The notes beneath the pieces are model-generated. The model had not been told where the DNA came from. It did no database searches and saw only the letters and a list, made by a program, of their open reading frames with translations. Source: an uncultured virus (IMG/VR IMGVR_UViG_3300027732_001162) (Duplodnaviria; Heunggongvirae; Uroviricota; Caudoviricetes). From it: a DNA stretch of 56,042 nt. Within the stretch, counting starts at the first letter, position 1. Every line of letters begins with the position of its first letter. The translations under genes were made by a program, and so were the position numbers. Positions 1 to 10,250 of the stretch are shown here, piece after piece. The stretch lies in IMG/VR virus record IMGVR_UViG_3300027732_001162; one strand, 5' to 3'.

Positions 1-553
1 ACAACTGATCGTTTTCGTGTACATGAGTAAAATGTCCACGACCATCTGTGACTAGATTAACATAAGGACCGTTCTTCTTAATATCTTTAACCCATGTTGT
101 ACTGAACGCTGGGTTACAATAACTACAAGCAAACTGACAAGTACGGTCAAATGCTATTTCAAGTGTTTGCAAATCCACATCCTGGTCCACTGGAGTTCTT
201 GTTGCTTCCAGCAATGCTTCTTCGGTGTATGTCATACTCTTGTAAGGTCTGTCACTTACAGCGTCCACACCCATATCTTCAATCTTCCAGCAGTACTCAC
301 ACCCTGAAGGACGTTCTCCAGCCAACATCTTACGGCGATCTTCTTTCTTCTGGGGAGTGTTATGAATTGCCTTGGGATTAAATTTAACTATTTGTATGTC
401 TGCTTTATGTGCAGGCGGATGATGACAACTTGTTGTTTGCCCTGATCCAAGCCAGATAGTGGCATTGTACCACTTGGCTCCGCAGAAGCTGGGGCTAATA
501 GCATCCAGTACACGTTTTTTATATTCTAAATCGGTTTCGTTAGGTCTTTTCAC
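1..553 (-). CDS. Radical SAM protein, partial (runs off window)
   Basis: Manual translation from GTG at 553: KRPNETDLEYKKRVLDAISPSFCGAKWYNA...CEYCWKIED...CQFACSYC; paralog of 540..1949. Confidence 0.85.
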   Translation of the reverse strand, partial: MKRPNETDLEYKKRVLDAISPSFCGAKWYNATIWLGSGQTTSCHHPPAHKADIQIVKFNPKAIHNTPQKKEDRRKMLAGERPSGCEYCWKIEDMGVDAVSDRPYKSMTYTEEALLEATRTPVDQDVDLQTLEIAFDRTCQFACSYCNPAFSTTWVKDIKKNGPYVNLVTDGRGHFTHVHENDQL

Positions 554-1949
554 AAGTGTTCCAAAAGTCTGTTAGTTCGGGGAATGTATTTAAAAAACTT
601 GTTCCCCTGCGTTCATCATGCTGGCTAAAGAATAGATAAAAGTTCTTCATTGCTGTGGCTCTGTCAAACTTGCTGTCACTCTTTACCCAGTCAATCAGGC
701 GTTGTACTTTGCTGATTTCAAAATCTTTAAAACCCTTAAAGCGATTGTGTTCGCCTTCTTCATTTGCCTTCATAAAATCTATAGCACGTTCTAATTCAGA
801 CACCATGTTAGGTAGCAGTTTGGGATTCATCCACATAGGGTCATTCAGCATAGGAATGTCAAACCAGATCAGCTGTCTATCTGTGTTGTATTCTTGTCTT
901 AATTTATGTATGTTCTCAATGTACTTAACAAAGCCAGTATAGCTCAGGGCATTGAATGTGATAATAAAGGTAAGACTGTGTTTGCTACTGTTCTTCAAGT
1001 AGTCAGTTATGTTAGTATATAGGGTACAGAAGTCTAAACCATTACGAATATACTCTGCTTGAGCACCCCACGAGTCTAAACTACAGAACAACATAAAGTG
1101 ATTAACAGCATCCGTATCTGTAATCTCTTTCAAGCTGGTCATGAACTTAGTCCATTGTCCTTTAGGTGGACAACAGTTTGATGTGATGCTTAGATGTAAC
1201 CGCTCGCTTGGGTGTTCTTTAACGTAATCAAACATACGGAATGTATTCTTGTCCATCAAAGGTTCGCCGCCAGTCATGCGGAAGGTGTGTAGTGTGGGAT
1301 ATATCTGTGGTAACCATTCCCAAAAAGCTAACAAGTATGGATTGTCTAAACTGTTGTTGGGAACCATGTTTTGATTCCGCATCCATTGTGTGTCGTTGTG
1401 TGTTTTATTGTCTGCTAACAAGTAAGGCCCGTGTCGGTCTATTTCCTTGTTCCACTCTGTGCTTAGGTGCGGAGAGCAATAACTACATTTCAAGTTACAG
1501 GCTTGATTAAAGTTTACTTCCACATAACGTGGATTAGGATTCTCTACCAACTGCGCTTCTTCTATCAAGCCAGGCTCATACACATCCTTGCTACGATAAG
1601 CTCTGTCACTTAGTTGTGTGCCGCTGTCTTCAATTTGCCAGCAAAATCCGCACTCGATCGGCCGCTCACCTTTCAGCATGAGTTTACGCTGATTCTTTTT
1701 ATATTTGGTATTGTGTAGTGCTGATACATCAATAGCAATTTCCTTCAGAGGAATTTGATGTGTGGGCGGATGATAACAACTGTGTGTGCGACCTGTGGGT
1801 ATGTGTATGCTGACATTGTACCACTTGGCAAGACAGAAACTAGGGCTGACTTTGTTAAGGGCAGAAAAGACCGACTCCGAATCATTTAAGTAATGTGATT
1901 CAAAGCGGCCGTTTACGTTAGTTACTTCATCGCCCTTCATTAGGTCCAA
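540..1949 (-). CDS. Radical SAM protein with N-terminal Cys-rich auxiliary domain
   Basis: CNLKCSYC, TGGEP, N-terminal FCLAKW...SCYH...CGFCW. Confidence 0.9.
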   Translation of the reverse strand: MDLMKGDEVTNVNGRFESHYLNDSESVFSALNKVSPSFCLAKWYNVSIHIPTGRTHSCYHPPTHQIPLKEIAIDVSALHNTKYKKNQRKLMLKGERPIECGFCWQIEDSGTQLSDRAYRSKDVYEPGLIEEAQLVENPNPRYVEVNFNQACNLKCSYCSPHLSTEWNKEIDRHGPYLLADNKTHNDTQWMRNQNMVPNNSLDNPYLLAFWEWLPQIYPTLHTFRMTGGEPLMDKNTFRMFDYVKEHPSERLHLSITSNCCPPKGQWTKFMTSLKEITDTDAVNHFMLFCSLDSWGAQAEYIRNGLDFCTLYTNITDYLKNSSKHSLTFIITFNALSYTGFVKYIENIHKLRQEYNTDRQLIWFDIPMLNDPMWMNPKLLPNMVSELERAIDFMKANEEGEHNRFKGFKDFEISKVQRLIDWVKSDSKFDRATAMKNFYLFFSQHDERRGTSFLNTFPELTDFWNTCEKT

Positions 1950-2776
1950 AGACTTTGACGTATTTTGATAAGACGAATCATCATGGCTTCATCTTCTGCT
2001 TCGTAAGCCACTTCGATTTCTTGTAGCTTTTTGTGTGCGGCATCGCTCATGGCTTTGAGTTCAGGGCTCTTGTCACTACTCCAACTTAGTTTGCCGCCGT
2101 TGGCAATACGGCTTGCTTCACAGTACGCACTCCAGCCACTGGCGTTATGCGGGTCTGGACGAGCGCGATAGGTCACAGTCCACCAAGTGTAAAGCTCAAT
2201 AATTTCCTTAGCACTTTTGGCTTGCCAGGTCGGTTCCCCAAATCCTTCGCTACCAGGTTCAGCACCCATGTCCTCGCCAACAGTGAGTTCACTGGCCCAT
2301 TTCAAATATTCCATGCCGGCTTCTGGACTGCGCCATGTACGTAGTCGTAGCCAACCAGTGCGGTACCAAGGCACATTGAATTGGGTCTTGGCTTCATCAC
2401 TCCACAAGCAGTGATGCCACGCTTGTTCTATTTCAACAAAATTAACAAGCTCATTGAAAAGACAAGGAAGAAAGCGATTGCCCACATCACTCCAGTTGCC
2501 CGGCTGTATGTCTCGAGGATGGGCGGTAAGAGCATGGCTGTGAGTAACCCAGCGATTGTTAATATAATAGCGTATGTCATTTAGCTTGTCCGGTATGTAG
2601 TAAACAAATTTTTGAAGGTGGTCTAGACCTTCTTCGGCAATCCAGTAACGGATAGGATGTGCTTTTTCAGCAGTCTTATACCAGGCATCCCATTCTTCGC
2701 TAGTGCCACACTTGAGCTTGGGTGTGCCGCGAAGCCAGTCTGAAAATTTTCCAATAGTCCAATAATGCGATCTCAT
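1940..2776 (-). CDS. Hypothetical Trp-rich phage protein
   Basis: 278 aa ORF abutting neighbours, AAGGA RBS. Confidence 0.75.
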   Translation of the reverse strand: MRSHYWTIGKFSDWLRGTPKLKCGTSEEWDAWYKTAEKAHPIRYWIAEEGLDHLQKFVYYIPDKLNDIRYYINNRWVTHSHALTAHPRDIQPGNWSDVGNRFLPCLFNELVNFVEIEQAWHHCLWSDEAKTQFNVPWYRTGWLRLRTWRSPEAGMEYLKWASELTVGEDMGAEPGSEGFGEPTWQAKSAKEIIELYTWWTVTYRARPDPHNASGWSAYCEASRIANGGKLSWSSDKSPELKAMSDAAHKKLQEIEVAYEAEDEAMMIRLIKIRQSLWT

Positions 2777-2786
2777 TTTTTATTCC

Positions 2787-3149
2787 TTATACAAACGATT
2801 TTAGATCAGGCGGAACCCAACCAATCGGCTTCAATACTTTGCCATCTTCACGCTTACGTACTTTGCCATCTTCACCAATTTTAGCAAAGTTTGTACTCAT
2901 TACTTCTTTCCATGCACCTTCAGCATCACTGCCCATGCTATGAATAGCACCAATGGTAACAACCAAAATGTCAATAAGAGCATCCAGTGTTTCTACTTGA
3001 TCATGCGCTTGAATAGCATCAGCAAGTTCATTGCATTCTTCTTCAATCAATGTAACATACAAATTAAATTGATCTTCATCAAACTCGCCCCCAACTGTTT
3101 GGTCGCAAGCCCGCATAAATTTTTCTTGATCACGAAACGGATTAGTCAT
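2787..3149 (-). CDS. MazG-like NTP pyrophosphohydrolase
   Basis: LIEEECNEL...DALID and SxNFAK...REDGKVLKP motifs. Confidence 0.85.
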   Translation of the reverse strand: MTNPFRDQEKFMRACDQTVGGEFDEDQFNLYVTLIEEECNELADAIQAHDQVETLDALIDILVVTIGAIHSMGSDAEGAWKEVMSTNFAKIGEDGKVRKREDGKVLKPIGWVPPDLKSFV

Positions 3150-4474
3150 TATATTTTTTCTCCTGGGGCAAATCCTCTAAAACCTTTAAAACGTGGAAAG
3201 CGCAAACTGTATGTGCCGTCTTGATTTTGTGTTACTGCATCAGCACGTACTTCTGCCACCATGCCAACGCAATCATCTTTAAACTGCCAAAAGCCATCAC
3301 GTTGCTCATCGGTAAGTCCACTGCCAACATTGACACGAATAGACTTGCCGTCGTCGACACCTTCGCAAACCAGCGCACCCAGCTTACCCACATTCTTACC
3401 AGTACCTTCTTCTGTATCAACTACAGCAAGCGACACTTCAATAAACGGTTTGAGTTTTAACCAAGCCACACTGCGTTTACATTCGTATCCAGCCGCTGGA
3501 TCTTTAAGCATGATGCCTTCATATCCACCCTCAATGGCTTTGGCATTGATTTCTTTATAACGAACTTGACCTTCTTCGGTATCCAAATCAACAAGTTCAT
3601 GACCAACAACGGATACGTTAGGCAACATGTCTTTGTAAGTTTTGTGCCAATAGTAAACCATGTCACTGCGAGCAGATTGATCTTTGTCCCAAACACCTTT
3701 TTCAAAATCTTCTAATGGAATCACATCGAACAAGTTGAGAACAGCATCACCTGCTTCCACATTGTCCTTGCGGTGTACTTGTTTCATTAAGTCTTGAAAA
3801 CTGCTACTCATTATCTCGCCGTCGAGTACAACATCTATATTTTTGTCAGTGCCATGTGTCTTGACCACTGCACTAAGTTGTTCTACAATGTGCGGAAAAT
3901 TAACCAGTTCTTTACCATTGCGACTGAACATATCCACCCGACCATCACTACGTACAATAGTAAGCACTCTAACTCCGTCGAGTTTAACTTCGATAAGTTT
4001 TTTGCCTGATACCTTCGACTCATGATTAGCACTGTCATGAGCAAGCTGACAACCGAATACAGGAATAGCATAGTCAGCATATTTCTTTTCCACTACTTTG
4101 TTAATTGTTTTTTCACTTGTACCGCAACGCAAGTCCTTGATAAGGATACGTCGATACCATCCATTCCACTCTTTCTTGGTGGCGGATTTCATCATTGCTT
4201 GGATCATATCCCTAGCTGTGTTACCGGTAACTTGACGTGTGACAAAGCCAGTAAGAGCGAGAGTAAAACTATCCCAAGGTAAGCCAGCACCATCTTCATC
4301 TGTTTTCTCCGGAACTTGTTTAATACCAAAAGTAATCATGGGATCCAATGCAAGGCGACAACCTTCAAAAAATTCCTTATTGCCTGATTGGGCAATGGAT
4401 TCAATGATTGCTTCTTTGTTTAGACGGGAAGGATGACTTTCCAAATCCCAAATATGACTAGCACAAACGCTCAT
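3149..4474 (-). CDS. ATP-dependent DNA ligase
   Basis: EVKLDGVR (motif I), LDGE, EGIMLK, WLKLK, SLRFPRF. Confidence 0.95.
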   Translation of the reverse strand: MSVCASHIWDLESHPSRLNKEAIIESIAQSGNKEFFEGCRLALDPMITFGIKQVPEKTDEDGAGLPWDSFTLALTGFVTRQVTGNTARDMIQAMMKSATKKEWNGWYRRILIKDLRCGTSEKTINKVVEKKYADYAIPVFGCQLAHDSANHESKVSGKKLIEVKLDGVRVLTIVRSDGRVDMFSRNGKELVNFPHIVEQLSAVVKTHGTDKNIDVVLDGEIMSSSFQDLMKQVHRKDNVEAGDAVLNLFDVIPLEDFEKGVWDKDQSARSDMVYYWHKTYKDMLPNVSVVGHELVDLDTEEGQVRYKEINAKAIEGGYEGIMLKDPAAGYECKRSVAWLKLKPFIEVSLAVVDTEEGTGKNVGKLGALVCEGVDDGKSIRVNVGSGLTDEQRDGFWQFKDDCVGMVAEVRADAVTQNQDGTYSLRFPRFKGFRGFAPGEKI

Positions 4475-4506
4475 GTTTACTCCGATAGTTAACTGTATAA
4501 GTGTTT

Positions 4507-4535
4507 ATTATACAGTGTAATTATCAGTATGTCAA
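4507..4535 (-). promoter_or_regulatory. sigma70-type promoter for ligase
   Basis: TTGACA-N17-TATAAT on minus strand. Confidence 0.8.
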
Positions 4536-5252
4536 GTGGTTTGTGGTCTTAAATGGCTTGCCTGCGTAGGCATTTTCCAATTGAGTCATAATTTTATGCT
4601 TCATCTGTATGACTTTTGGATGACTATGATTGTACTCAAATGCTTTCATAAAACGTCCCCAGCCATTTGAACGAACACGTTTTGGTACTGGACTGTCCAA
4701 GTATTCTTTGATAGCTCGAGTATCAAAACCAAACTTATCAATCATGTCTTGTGCTAGATTGAAACTGTGTGCGCCCATTTCATCACGATGCCCATAGTAC
4801 TCTTGTTCTCTTCGATCCTTGGCATAATAGGCGGTACTTTCGTAACCTGGAATATCTTTGAAGCGTCTAGCACGATATTGGCGTGTGTGTATGATTTCGT
4901 GTAGTACTGTATCGGCAAATAAGCAACACATACGCTCCCACCGATATGCGCTGGTTTTCATAGTGTCAGCAGTGGTTGGAAATACCAGTTCTACTTCAAT
5001 AAATCGTTTATTTCCTGCGCTGTCGAGATCGGCGTAATAAGCACCACCTATCCAAACTTCGCCTGGCTTAACGGGCTTGTGTCTACTGCTGGTTATTTTG
5101 ACAGGAAGTTGGGCTTTGATATGCTTACTTATTGTGCTGGTAATTTCACCTATGGTTAGCCGTTTATCAACTATTTCTGATTTCAGCTGATAAAGCATGG
5201 AATACAGGGTATTTCGATCCAACTCGGACCAATTGAACGCTGAACGGGACAT
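4524..5252 (-). CDS. HExxH zincin-like protein
   Basis: VLHEIIH...DEMGAH; paralog of 17383..18051. Confidence 0.6.
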   Translation of the reverse strand: MSRSAFNWSELDRNTLYSMLYQLKSEIVDKRLTIGEITSTISKHIKAQLPVKITSSRHKPVKPGEVWIGGAYYADLDSAGNKRFIEVELVFPTTADTMKTSAYRWERMCCLFADTVLHEIIHTRQYRARRFKDIPGYESTAYYAKDRREQEYYGHRDEMGAHSFNLAQDMIDKFGFDTRAIKEYLDSPVPKRVRSNGWGRFMKAFEYNHSHPKVIQMKHKIMTQLENAYAGKPFKTTNHLTY

Positions 5253-5380
5253 AGCACACTCCTAACATGTGTATTTATAGTGTACTATGAATTTCTAAAA
5301 AACCCGTGTTTTACGGACATTTTTTTAACAGCAATTCCTGCCACCCGAATAAATACTGAACAACCTTCCTAGGACTTAAA

Positions 5381-6292
5381 ATGAATGATTTAAGAAAACT
5401 GATAGACCATTTAGAACATATTGACCGTGGCGGCCAGCTGATTCGAGGACTGGATCTCCGCACTGGTCGTGTGGTTAGTAATCCTATGATAGAAGGCGAG
5501 ATTGGCCGCAAAATTGGATCAACTATTGGCGGAATTTTTGGCAAACGTGCAGGCGATCGCTTGGGACAAATAGGCAGTAATATAGGTGATATTTTTGATG
5601 AGCCTGGCTCGGATAAATCATCTGAACAAGATTCAGACAACTCTACAGGATATGTTACCAAATCAGGGCAAGCTATAGTGCCTCCGCCGGGAGGTATGAA
5701 AGTCCAACCACAACGAGGTGCGGAAGATAACGATGAAAAAGGAGTCATTGACGGCGGCTATAAACCTTATGCTTCCTCTATATTTTCTGTAAATTCTAAT
5801 CTTTCTCCTGGCGGAAAATATTCCGCACAAATTGAGAAAGCCATGTCAATAAGATCCAAATTCCTTGGACAACGAATAAGTGTACTCAACACTTACGATT
5901 ACAACGGTGCTACTCTTTCTATAAATGAATATGATGCACCGCTAAAACACTGGGTTGATACTTCATCGTTGGGAGGCAGGGGTGATACTCGAGAAGATTG
6001 GGAACCGTTGGGTTACAAATTCCTAGGATCAAAAAGATTTGATTCAAGTAACAAGTTTGGGAATTGTATAGGCAATGCGGAAAAATACAAAGGTAGCATG
6101 TTTAGTTCTAACATACTAGTCGCCGAAACCACGCAGTTGGTAGCATTCAAACAACCCACTGGCACCCCAGGCATGCATTATCTTAAAGCTGTGTTTTGTG
6201 GACCTGTCGAATCGTGGCAAAGCGGCGGACTCAACGCCCTTATGAGTCTAGTAGACAGTGTTGAACTCAAAGGGGTTGTTGAAATAAAATAG
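5381..6292 (+). CDS. Hypothetical protein, possibly virion-associated
   Basis: 303 aa, TAAATA at 5350, AGGA RBS, Gly-zipper-like segment. Confidence 0.65.
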   Translation: MNDLRKLIDHLEHIDRGGQLIRGLDLRTGRVVSNPMIEGEIGRKIGSTIGGIFGKRAGDRLGQIGSNIGDIFDEPGSDKSSEQDSDNSTGYVTKSGQAIVPPPGGMKVQPQRGAEDNDEKGVIDGGYKPYASSIFSVNSNLSPGGKYSAQIEKAMSIRSKFLGQRISVLNTYDYNGATLSINEYDAPLKHWVDTSSLGGRGDTREDWEPLGYKFLGSKRFDSSNKFGNCIGNAEKYKGSMFSSNILVAETTQLVAFKQPTGTPGMHYLKAVFCGPVESWQSGGLNALMSLVDSVELKGVVEIK

Positions 6293-6316
6293 TTTGGAGT
6301 CAGTGACCCCGAACTA
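6290..6316. terminator. Hairpin between convergent genes
   Basis: Imperfect inverted repeat tagtttggagtca/tgaccccgaacta. Confidence 0.45.
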
Positions 6317-6320
6317 ATAA

Positions 6321-6941
6321 TTACGGACGCTTTTCAATGACTTTGTCAGCCAACCCGTATTCCACTGCTTCTTTGGCACTCAAAAACGTGTCAAACTTCA
6401 TAGCTTCGTACAGCTGACTATACGTTTTTCCAGCGGTATTGTGCTTGACATACAGTTCAGTTAGGCGTTCGTTAATACGCTTAGATTCTTCAAAACTACG
6501 TTTTGCGTCCTCAAATTCCAATTCCTGTACGTGTACTGTACCACGGGTTCCAGGAGTACCAGAACTCACACGATGGATCATTGTACGGGCTTCGGGCAGA
6601 ACAAACCGCTTTCCAGGTGCGCCGGCTTGAGCAAGGAATGAGCCCATACTACAGGCTTGTCCCATAACGTAAGTGGCGACGTCTGGTCGGATAAACTGCA
6701 TGGTATCGTAAATAGCAAGGCCAGCAGTAACGGACCCACCAGGGCTATTGATAAACAGGTTAATGTCTTCGTTTCCTTGACTCTCTAAAAAGAGCAACTG
6801 TGCCACTAACAAACTGGACGTATGCTCGTTGACATCCGTGTCCAACATGATCACACGGTCCTTGAGCAAACGACTGTAAATGTCATAAGCTCTTTCGCCT
6901 TTCGGCTCACTTTCAATTACCATTGGTACTAGATTAGGCAT
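6321..6941 (-). CDS. clpP: ATP-dependent Clp protease proteolytic subunit
   Basis: [25 protein letters not shown] (catalytic Ser), MIH. Confidence 0.95.
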   Translation of the reverse strand: MPNLVPMVIESEPKGERAYDIYSRLLKDRVIMLDTDVNEHTSSLLVAQLLFLESQGNEDINLFINSPGGSVTAGLAIYDTMQFIRPDVATYVMGQACSMGSFLAQAGAPGKRFVLPEARTMIHRVSSGTPGTRGTVHVQELEFEDAKRSFEESKRINERLTELYVKHNTAGKTYSQLYEAMKFDTFLSAKEAVEYGLADKVIEKRP

Positions 6942-6943
6942 TT

Positions 6944-7471
6944 TTATCCTTTAAGGTATTTCATAACATTTTCTGGGCTCGATACACCATACGGATCTGG
7001 ATCAGTGTCGCTGGCTTCTGGTTCGATGAACATGTGTTGTACTTGTCCATTATCAATTACAGCCGCATAGCGACGACTGCGCCATCCAAATCCAATGTGA
7101 CTCATGTCAACCAACATGCCCATACCTCGTGTAAAGTTGAAACCACCGTCGGGAATTGGATGTACATTTTGAATGTTCAAACTACGTGCCCACTCGTTCA
7201 TTACAAAAGCATCATTTACGCTGACACAATAAATGTCATCGATACCTTGTGCTCTAAAGTCTTCGTATTGTTCTTCAAAATCTGGCAGTTGATATGTTGA
7301 GCATGTGGGTGTAAATGCGCCGGGCAAGCTGAATACTACCACTCGCTTGTTGGCAAACAAATCATCTGTTGTTTTGAAAACAAATTTGCCACCGATTGGG
7401 CAACCACCACCCTCTGGTGATTCGTCGCCTTCGCGAAATGCGAATGTTACATTAGGTACTAGTTGTGTCAT
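6944..7471 (-). CDS. Peroxiredoxin (Prx5/redoxin type)
   Basis: [25 protein letters not shown]. Confidence 0.92.
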   Translation of the reverse strand: MTQLVPNVTFAFREGDESPEGGGCPIGGKFVFKTTDDLFANKRVVVFSLPGAFTPTCSTYQLPDFEEQYEDFRAQGIDDIYCVSVNDAFVMNEWARSLNIQNVHPIPDGGFNFTRGMGMLVDMSHIGFGWRSRRYAAVIDNGQVQHMFIEPEASDTDPDPYGVSSPENVMKYLKG

Positions 7472-7874
7472 ATATTTCCTCTTCTAAATATCGTTTTAAT
7501 TCTTTGTCTGTAGGTTCTACAGAATAATTCTGTTTGAAAAATATTTCGTAACTGTCGCTACCATATTTTCCAATACCATATAGTATTGTAGCATCTTCGC
7601 CGTTCCAGGTCAAGTAGTCTTTACTCATACCGATCAATCGATTGTATCTGACATTGGCCATACCCAAAGGAGCTAATATGCTTTTGACAAAATCTTCTTC
7701 AGCATCTATCAGTGCATGTGGAGTAGGAAACCAATAAAGGAATTCGGGCAAGGTCAGCTTGACCGGCTTGCGACTGGTTTGGTTCAGCATGATGACTCCT
7801 ACCATGTGTTCCCAACTATTGGCGATCTGTTGCTGTACCATTAGGTCATCACGCAAAGGTTCGAAGAATTTCAT
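7452..7874 (-). CDS. HhH-GPD (MBD4-like) DNA glycosylase
   Basis: IMLNQT, LAPLG, LYGIGKYGSDSYEIF. Confidence 0.75.
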   Translation of the reverse strand: MKFFEPLRDDLMVQQQIANSWEHMVGVIMLNQTSRKPVKLTLPEFLYWFPTPHALIDAEEDFVKSILAPLGMANVRYNRLIGMSKDYLTWNGEDATILYGIGKYGSDSYEIFFKQNYSVEPTDKELKRYLEEEIYDTTST

Positions 7875-7966
7875 TCTGTAGTTGTCCTTGAATCTATGTT
7901 AGAACGATATGCCATGTATAGCACACCCACAATATATCCTAATAAGAATCCCCAAAAGAAATTCAT
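7871..7966 (-). CDS. Small membrane peptide (31 aa)
   Basis: MNFFWGFLLGYIVGVLYMAYRS...; ATGA overlap with next gene. Confidence 0.55.
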   Translation of the reverse strand: MNFFWGFLLGYIVGVLYMAYRSNIDSRTTTE

Positions 7967-7969
7967 TCT

Positions 7970-8350
7970 TCAACGGCTCAGCATTTGATCAGCGCGAGTC
8001 ACACCGGCCAGCCGCTGATCTTCAGTCAACTCATCACAACGACTGGAGTGATCTGGAGCTCGTAACCAGTTCACACCTGTGCGTGGCTTATAGGTGTTTT
8101 CCACTGAACGAAACACACCCCAGGTGGCAAACACCATGCTGATGATGGCAATATGACCCAACATGTTGTAACCAATAGTGAGCAATTCGCCGATGTAAAG
8201 ACCAAATGCCAGACTCCAAAAACATCCCAGCAGGATGCTGAGAAAGTATTTGACATACACAGGTGCATGGCGTAAGGGATTTAGATTGGGGTTCATGATG
8301 TCCCACGAGGAACGGCTTATCAGCCAAATGAATTTGAGTACACTAAACAT
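7970..8350 (-). CDS. Hypothetical membrane protein
   Basis: Two hydrophobic segments; start moved to MFSVLK. Confidence 0.7.
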   Translation of the reverse strand: MFSVLKFIWLISRSSWDIMNPNLNPLRHAPVYVKYFLSILLGCFWSLAFGLYIGELLTIGYNMLGHIAIISMVFATWGVFRSVENTYKPRTGVNWLRAPDHSSRCDELTEDQRLAGVTRADQMLSR

Positions 8351-8603
8351 CTTTATCTTCCTCATGCAGTTGATTCTTAAAAAGCTCAAGTTGGTCAATC
8401 AAATTCTGTATGCCTGGACGATTCATGGTGAGTGTGGTGTAACCCATTGTGAATGCCAAACGATTGTCATCTGTAACACCAAACGTGTAATAAGTCTTGG
8501 ACTCTTTCTTTGGTACTGTAGGTTCGTCATCAAACGGGACCTGATCAGGAAACATTGGTACTACATTCTTGTAGCCGGCTTTTTTGAACCAATCAAACAT
8601 CAT
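8343..8603 (-). CDS. Hypothetical protein
   Basis: ORF overlapping neighbours in operon. Confidence 0.65.
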   Translation of the reverse strand: MMFDWFKKAGYKNVVPMFPDQVPFDDEPTVPKKESKTYYTFGVTDDNRLAFTMGYTTLTMNRPGIQNLIDQLELFKNQLHEEDKDV

Positions 8604-8733
8604 CGTCCTCTTTCTTTTCAGTTTCTAAAACGGGAAAGCACATCTTTGTACCATCCCAACGCTGTCCGCACCAACACTCGCCTTCATCGTTGATGATACA
8701 ATTGCCGCCACCGCAACAGCGTTGATCTTCCAT
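8593..8733 (-). CDS. Small Cys-rich peptide (46 aa)
   Basis: Manual translation MEDQRCCGGGNCIINDEGECWCGQRWDGTKMCFPVLETEKKEDDDV; fills the intergenic gap. Confidence 0.65.
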   Translation of the reverse strand: MEDQRCCGGGNCIINDEGECWCGQRWDGTKMCFPVLETEKKEDDDV

Positions 8734-8734
8734 T

Positions 8735-9430
8735 TTATTTTCTTTCGCCAAACAGTTGTAACAAGTTTAGGAACAAGTTGATAAAGTTCATGTACAAAGA
8801 TAATGCACCTGTTACTTCCACGGCTGGGCTAGTGTCAACACTGACTTCTTCACGGATTCGTTGTGTGTCATAAGCAGTGAGTCCCAAAAAGATAATGATA
8901 GCCAATGCCGAGATAACCATTTGCATGACAGTTGAGCCAATAAAGATATTAACAATGCTGGCAATCACAATAGCAATCAATCCCACAAACATCATTTGTC
9001 CCATGCCACTTAGATCCTTTTTGGTAAAGTAACCGTAGCCACTCATTACACCAAACAGGATTGCCGCACCCATAAATGCTGACACAATACTACCCATGTT
9101 GAACACAGCAAATATCATGCTAAAGCTCAAGCCCATAAGTGCCGCAAAACCATGCAAACATAACTGAGCTACACCTTTGCTGGGATTGTTGCCTAGCACG
9201 TAGCTGACACCAAAAATGGCCGCCAGTGGAGCAAAGATCACAATCCACTTTAGTACACCTGTAAAAAAGAATTGTATCAACTCTGGGCTAGTGCCCACAA
9301 AGTAACTGATCAGCATGGATACAACAACTGCCAGACTCATGTGTCCGTAAACTCGACCCATGGCCGAATTAATTTCTTCTGCTGAGCGATAATTTAAAAT
9401 ACCGCCATTTGTATAATTTGCACCAAACAT
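8735..9430 (-). CDS. Bax inhibitor-1/YccA family membrane protein
   Basis: About 7 TM segments, TKKDLS, AYDTQRI, ALSLYMNFINLF. Confidence 0.92.
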   Translation of the reverse strand: MFGANYTNGGILNYRSAEEINSAMGRVYGHMSLAVVVSMLISYFVGTSPELIQFFFTGVLKWIVIFAPLAAIFGVSYVLGNNPSKGVAQLCLHGFAALMGLSFSMIFAVFNMGSIVSAFMGAAILFGVMSGYGYFTKKDLSGMGQMMFVGLIAIVIASIVNIFIGSTVMQMVISALAIIIFLGLTAYDTQRIREEVSVDTSPAVEVTGALSLYMNFINLFLNLLQLFGERK

Positions 9431-9440
9431 AATCTTCTCC

Positions 9441-10241
9441 TTATTTTCCGTTAGTTTGTACAGTAGGTGTTACTACTCCGTTAATGACCAAGGTCTGACC
9501 TTTGAAGTTGGCAATAGCATCTGGCAACTTGCGCATAGCTTCAGCTTCAGCTTCAGCTCGCAACAAAGGAATTGCCATTGGGTTGGCTTGCATCGATTCA
9601 TTACGCTTGCGAGCAGTGGCCACTTTGACTTCTTCAGTCTTGAACTCGTTCTTGGCCTTGACCAATTCGTTAGCACTTGCTACCACTGAGTCAGCTGGTA
9701 CAATATTACGGATTAGCACTTGACTAATAGTGATACTACCGTCCAACTTTTCCTCGGCAAGATTGCGAACAATTTCTTCCTTGATAAAGGTTTCCATGTC
9801 GCTACGAGCATCTGCCATGTCCAGGGCCTCGTACTTGCGAGCGGCCTTGTAGATAGCGTTACGAGCATTCTGCACAATGTAGTTGTACATCACATAGGTA
9901 TCACCTTTGAACTCAGCATGGAAGCTCCTGTTCTTGGTTGCATACAGTTCAGATACCTGGCCAGGGTTGATGTTGTAGACAACCACAGCATCAAAGTCTT
10001 TCATGGTTGAGTTGTCTTTGGCCACTGGGGTCATATTCTCCAGTACCACGTTCACATCCTTGATAGGGAATGTGAGTACTTCACCAATAATACTTTGATT
10101 AAAAGAACCGGGAAGTAGTTCACCACTTTGCACCTGTTTATCAAAACCAACTCGCACACCAACTTCACCAGTTTCGATACGAGTACAACCTGTTGCCAGC
10201 ACAGCCGCGGCAAGAACAGAAAGAGTCAAAATACGTTTCAT
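9441..10241 (-). CDS. SPFH/prohibitin domain protein
   Basis: Lipobox-like N-terminus, GEVGVRVGF, Ala/Glu-rich coiled coil. Confidence 0.8.
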   Translation of the reverse strand: MKRILTLSVLAAAVLATGCTRIETGEVGVRVGFDKQVQSGELLPGSFNQSIIGEVLTFPIKDVNVVLENMTPVAKDNSTMKDFDAVVVYNINPGQVSELYATKNRSFHAEFKGDTYVMYNYIVQNARNAIYKAARKYEALDMADARSDMETFIKEEIVRNLAEEKLDGSITISQVLIRNIVPADSVVASANELVKAKNEFKTEEVKVATARKRNESMQANPMAIPLLRAEAEAEAMRKLPDAIANFKGQTLVINGVVTPTVQTNGK

Positions 10242-10250
10242 TATGTTTCC

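Noticed and set aside
8593..8733. SCIFF/ranthipeptide precursor call
   Set aside because: Six Cys, but lacks the SCIFF CxxSCQSACKTSC pattern and an adjacent maturase.
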